Shown: positions 59,815 to 64,000 of the stretch, one piece after another
Position numbering within the stretch: the first letter of the stretch is position 1
How the letters are laid out: each line of letters opens with the position of its first letter
Origin: an uncultured Gemmataceae bacterium
GTDB taxonomy: Bacteria; Planctomycetota; Planctomycetia; Gemmatales; Gemmataceae
NCBI GenBank assembly: GCA_963750165.1
Contig: CAVVPN010000003.1
Location: 2,880,001-2,944,000 of the forward strand
DNA: 64,000 nucleotides
Direction of reading: 5' to 3'
Made by a program: the position numbers and the translations under genes
Notes under the pieces: generated by a model
The model's input: the letters and a program-made list of their open reading frames with translations, nothing else
What the model was told of the DNA's origin: nothing
Databases searched by the model: none

Positions 59815-62800
59815 TCAGTGGATGAACAGAAAATCGTTGGTGTTCAACAGCACGCGGCAGACGTTGGCCAGCCCGTGGCGTTTCGCATACGCGCTCAGCA
59901 ACTGCGTCTCGCGCGGCTGCGGCGGCCGGCCCAGCACCAGCAGGCAGGCGCGGTCGATGCGCCCCGCCAGGTCGGGCGCCTCGCGCTCCAGGCGCGCGGC
60001 CAGATGCTCACACTGCCGCAGCACAAAGCGGTTGTTGTACAGCGTCAGCGCCTGCAATGGCGTGATCGTCTCGTTGCGCCGGGCCGCGGACAGCGACGGG
60101 TCCACCGCGTCGAACGTCTCCAGCAGCGGGTCGTTGACGTTGCGGAAGACGAAGCGGTAGACGCTGCGGCGGTAGCTGGCGGGGCTGTCCGGGTCAAAGG
60201 TGTCGTAGCGGATCTGCGGCGACACTTCCTTGTTCGGATCCTTGAAGTCGAACTGCATCACCGACGGCCCGCCCATCTTCAGATCAAGCTTGCCGCTCAC
60301 GGCCAGCAGTGTGTCGCGCAGCATCTCCGCGTCGAGGCGGCCGCGGTTCATCCGCCAGAGATACCGGTTGTCCGTGTCGATCTTCGCCTTGCCCGGGTCG
60401 CGGTCGGAAACCTGGCGGTACGCGGCGCTGGTGACGATGAGCCTGTGCAACTTCTTCAGCGATCCGCCGCCGTCGCGGAACTCGACCGCCAGCCAGTCAA
60501 GCAGTTCCGGATGCGATGGCAGCCCACCCAGGCGGCCCAGGTCGTTGGGCGAATCGACGATGCCGCGGCCGAAATGGTAGTGCCAGACGCGGTTGACGAT
60601 GCTGCGCCACGTCAACACGTTCGCCGGGTCCGTCAGCCAGCGCGCCAGCGCCGCCCGCCGTGCCCCCTCGTCCCTTGGCGGTACGTCGAATTCCGCCTTC
60701 AGGCCGGGCACACACGCCAGCGCCCCGGGGCCGACCGCCTCCAGCGGGTTCTTCACGTCGCCGCGGCGCAGCACGTGAACCGGCTGCGGCACCTTCGGCG
60801 CCCGATAATTGCGGAAGGTCGGGAAATCGCTGGCAATCGCCCACACCTTCGGCTGCGGCGGCAGTTTGGCCAGCTGCTCCTGGACGTGCCGGCGCAGGTA
60901 CTGTTTGGCGATCAGGGCCGCCTGCGCCGCGGTGCGTTTCGCGGTCGGCACCGCCAGCGCGGCGGCCAGGTCGGCCGGCAGCGGTTGGACGAGGCCCGGC
61001 GTCGGACTGGTCGTGACGGAGAGCCGCAGCCGGCCGATGAGATGGCCGCCACCGTGCAGCTGGTCGAGCCGCACGGTGAGCACGCCGGGACCGTCGAACT
61101 TCAGCGGCTGCTTCAACTCGAAGACCGCCTGGTGCGGCCGGCCGACCTGCGGGAAGATGCCCCAGGCGGTTTCCTTCTTGCCGTCGATGGCCCGCGCAAT
61201 GTCCCAGCCGGCCTGGTTGAAGTCCGCGGTCGCCTTGCGGATGGCCACGTCCGCAGTGCCGGTCCGCAGGCGGAACTCCGACAGGTGCAGGTTGCCATTG
61301 TCCTGGCGACCGGGGCCCTGCTTCGGCAGCGATTCGTGCGGCAGTACCTCCAGTCGTACCGCCGTGACGCCCTGCAGCGCTGTCCTGGCCGTGAGGGTGT
61401 ACGTGTCCCGCTCCGGCCGTGGGCCGCCGCACAGCAGCGAACCGTCCGCCAGCGCCGTGAATGTCGTGCCCTTTTCCGAGCGGGCGTCGAGCTTTGTCAG
61501 CACGCGCCACAGCGCCGCCGATTCGCCCACCGCTTTTTCCCATGCGGCCTGTGCGCCGGCCAGCGCCTGGCGTTCGGCGGGCGAGAACGCTGTCACCCAG
61601 TTGTCACCATCGAGCAGCGCCTGGCGGCGCCGCCAGCCCTTGCGCCTCGCGTCGACGACCAGGTCCGTCTCGTAGGGCCGCTCCGCCCGGCCAATGCCGG
61701 CGAACACGGCCTGCAAGCGGTAGTAGTCGCGCTGCGAAATCGGGTCAAACTTGTGCTCGTGGCAGCGGGCGCAGTGGACGGTGACGCTCAGGAACGTCGC
61801 GGCCAGGCTGCTCACCATGTCGTCGCGGTCGAGGTTCAGGGCGATCTTGCGACAGTCGGTGCCGTCGGTCTGCTCGACCAGGGCGCTCTGGTTGAACGGC
61901 CCCGCGGCGGCGAAGCCCAGCGCCGGCAGCAGCGTCGGATCGTCCGGGAACAGCACGTCCGCGGCGACCTGCTCCTGCACGAAGCGGGCGTAGGGTTTGT
62001 CCTCGTTGAAGGCGCGAATGAGATAATCGCGATAGGGCCAGGCGTTGAAGCGCGGCCGATCCATGCCGAAGCCGTTCGACTCGCCGTAATGCACCACGTC
62101 CAGCCAGTGCCGGGCCCAGCGCTCGCCGTAGTGCGGTGACGCCAGCAGGCGGTCCACCAATCGCTCATACGCCCGCGGTTCCTGATCCTTGACGAACGCT
62201 GCCACTTCCTCCGGCGTCGGCGGCAGGCCGTGCAGGTCGAACGTCAGCCGGCGGATCAGCGTGCGACGGTCGGCCTCCCGCGACGGGCCGAGGGTTTTTT
62301 CGCGCAACTTCGCCAGCACGAAATAGTCAATGGGAGTCCGCGCCCAGGCGGCGTTGTCCAGCTTCGGCAGCGGCGGCCGCTTCAACGGTTGTAGCGACCA
62401 CCACTCCAGACGACGGGCCTCGGCGGTGTTGACGGTGGTCGGGTAGGCGGCACCGCGGTTGACCCAGTGGACGAAATCCGCGATCACCGCGTCGGCCAGC
62501 TTCGGCTTCTGCAAGGGCATTTTCAGGTCGGGCAGCTGGTGGCGCAGGCTGCGGATCAACAAACTCTGGTTCGCCTTGCCCGGCACCACCGCCGGGCCGG
62601 AGTCGCCGCCCTGCAGCAGCCCCGCCCGCGTGTCCAGCGCCAGACCGCCGCGCGCCTTCCTGGAGGAATGACAGCCGTAGCACGACTCCGCCAGCACGGG
62701 CCGGATGCGGCTCTCGAAGAACTCCACGTCCGCCCGCGCCGGCGGCCCGACCTGCGCGGGGCCGGGCAGCGCCAGGGCGGCGAGCAACGGTACACAAAGC

Positions 62801-62817
62801 AGACTGCAACGGATCAT
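59815..62817 (-). CDS. Planctomycete cytochrome c / DUF1549 / DUF1553 protein
   Basis: CYGCH, YGERWARHWLD, CARCHEHKFDP, PSHPELLDWLA, PLQAL.L.N. Confidence 0.95.
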   Translation of the reverse strand: MIRCSLLCVPLLAALALPGPAQVGPPARADVEFFESRIRPVLAESCYGCHSSRKARGGLALDTRAGLLQGGDSGPAVVPGKANQSLLIRSLRHQLPDLKMPLQKPKLADAVIADFVHWVNRGAAYPTTVNTAEARRLEWWSLQPLKRPPLPKLDNAAWARTPIDYFVLAKLREKTLGPSREADRRTLIRRLTFDLHGLPPTPEEVAAFVKDQEPRAYERLVDRLLASPHYGERWARHWLDVVHYGESNGFGMDRPRFNAWPYRDYLIRAFNEDKPYARFVQEQVAADVLFPDDPTLLPALGFAAAGPFNQSALVEQTDGTDCRKIALNLDRDDMVSSLAATFLSVTVHCARCHEHKFDPISQRDYYRLQAVFAGIGRAERPYETDLVVDARRKGWRRRQALLDGDNWVTAFSPAERQALAGAQAAWEKAVGESAALWRVLTKLDARSEKGTTFTALADGSLLCGGPRPERDTYTLTARTALQGVTAVRLEVLPHESLPKQGPGRQDNGNLHLSEFRLRTGTADVAIRKATADFNQAGWDIARAIDGKKETAWGIFPQVGRPHQAVFELKQPLKFDGPGVLTVRLDQLHGGGHLIGRLRLSVTTSPTPGLVQPLPADLAAALAVPTAKRTAAQAALIAKQYLRRHVQEQLAKLPPQPKVWAIASDFPTFRNYRAPKVPQPVHVLRRGDVKNPLEAVGPGALACVPGLKAEFDVPPRDEGARRAALARWLTDPANVLTWRSIVNRVWHYHFGRGIVDSPNDLGRLGGLPSHPELLDWLAVEFRDGGGSLKKLHRLIVTSAAYRQVSDRDPGKAKIDTDNRYLWRMNRGRLDAEMLRDTLLAVSGKLDLKMGGPSVMQFDFKDPNKEVSPQIRYDTFDPDSPASYRRSVYRFVFRNVNDPLLETFDAVDPSLSAARRNETITPLQALTLYNNRFVLRQCEHLAARLEREAPDLAGRIDRACLLVLGRPPQPRETQLLSAYAKRHGLANVCRVLLNTNDFLFIH

Positions 62818-63167
62818 GAGTGGCAGTGGCCTCGGCGGGAAATTTTCCTTGATTGTCGCACCGCGCCCTGGCCGGCGGCAACTGTTTTCGCCGCCTCTTC
62901 CGAAGTGCAGGCGGGCCGCCCGCACTACGGCCTCAGCTGGACATGCGCGGCCTCCTGGACGCGGCCGCATTTGACGACTTCGCTTATGAGGCTACGAAGG
63001 CCGCCCGCACCGTCGCCAGGCGCACCCCGCGGTGCGCGGCGGTGCGCCGTGAAAAGCCCTTGCGAACCGACCGCCCCTCCGCATAATCACTTTATACCCC
63101 CAGGTACAAGCCGCCCGGGACGTACCCCCGGCACCGGCAACTGTCGCAACCTCCGAGGCAGACCATC

Positions 63168-64000
63168 ATGGCCACCCCCCGCTTGTCGCCGCACCGTCTC
63201 GCCGCGCTGTCCCTGCCCCTCACGCTGTTCGCCGCCCTCGCCCTGCTGTGGACCGCCGCCGGCCCGGCGCCGCAGTCCGTCGCCCAGGAAAAGGGCCCGA
63301 CCAAGCTCGACCTGAAGCCCGGCGACCACATCTCCATCATCGGCAACACCACCGCCGACCGCCTCCAGCACGACGGCTGGCTTGAAACCTACGTCTACAG
63401 CCGCTTCCCGAAACACGATCTCGTGTTCCGCAACCTCGGCTTCTCCGGCGACGAGGTGGCCCTGCGGTTGCGCTCCGCGAACTTCGGCAGTCCCGATTCG
63501 TGGATGACGAAGAACAAGACCGACGTGGTTTTCGCCTTCTTCGGCTACAACGAGTCCTACGCCGGCACGCCCGGCCTCGACAGGTTCAAGCAGGATCTCG
63601 ACGCCTTCGTCAAGAGCACGCTGAGCAAGAACTACAGCGGCAAGGGCGCGCCGCGGATGGTGCTGTTCTCGCCCATCGCCCATGAGAATCTGAAGAACCC
63701 CAACCTGCCCGACGGCACCGAGAACAACAAACGCCTGGAGCTGTACACCGCGGCGATGGCCGACGTGGCGAAGACCAACGGCGTCGTCTTCGTCGATCTG
63801 TACCGGCCCACGCTGGAGGCGTACGGCAAAACGGATAAGGCCCTGACCATCAACGGCGTCCACCTGTCGCCGGCGGGCAACAAGGTGCTGGCACAGATCA
63901 TCGATCAGGCGCTGTTCGCCGGCGCGGCGCCGCCGCGCAACGAGCGGCAGCTGGAAAAACTGCGGCAGGCCGTCCTCGACCGCAATTTTTACTGGTTCAA
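63168..64000 (+). CDS. Large secreted protein with an N-terminal SGNH/GDSL-like domain (runs off window end)
   Basis: Manual translation: signal peptide, IIGNT, RNLGFSGD, FGYNES, LTINGVHL. Confidence 0.8.
   Translation, partial: MATPRLSPHRLAALSLPLTLFAALALLWTAAGPAPQSVAQEKGPTKLDLKPGDHISIIGNTTADRLQHDGWLETYVYSRFPKHDLVFRNLGFSGDEVALRLRSANFGSPDSWMTKNKTDVVFAFFGYNESYAGTPGLDRFKQDLDAFVKSTLSKNYSGKGAPRMVLFSPIAHENLKNPNLPDGTENNKRLELYTAAMADVAKTNGVVFVDLYRPTLEAYGKTDKALTINGVHLSPAGNKVLAQIIDQALFAGAAPPRNERQLEKLRQAVLDRNFYWF

Overview
High-GC bacterial DNA, very probably a planctomycete (Gemmataceae-like), judging from DUF1501, DUF1549/DUF1553, TIGR03000-like and Verruco/Plancto-restricted genes. Housekeeping and accessory genes flank a 19,977-bp integrative element inserted in tRNA-Leu(CAA) (att repeats 24206-24265 and 44183-44242). 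The element carries a tyrosine integrase, an excisionase, an iteron-like 74-bp inverted repeat, a 97-repeat type I-E CRISPR array, a full cas operon (cas3 split by two 1-nt frameshifts) and a WYL regulator. The main finding lies between cas3 and cas8e: a degenerate one-spacer mini-array (39009-39100). Its spacer matches a site about 330 bp away at positions 1-15 except 6 and 12, the bases Cascade flips out, next to an AAA PAM. That site overlaps a near-consensus sigma70 promoter (TTGACA-17-TAAGAT) driving a 68-aa orphan ORF, the guide itself and the Cascade genes. This is a candidate RNA-guided cas autorepression or CRISPR-repressed toxin circuit. Also present are a GxxExxY gene bracketed by 36-bp inverted repeats with gene-less relatives, a 167-bp MITE nested in a REP, and a REP arm inside a coding gene. 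All calls were made by eye, with no database searches.
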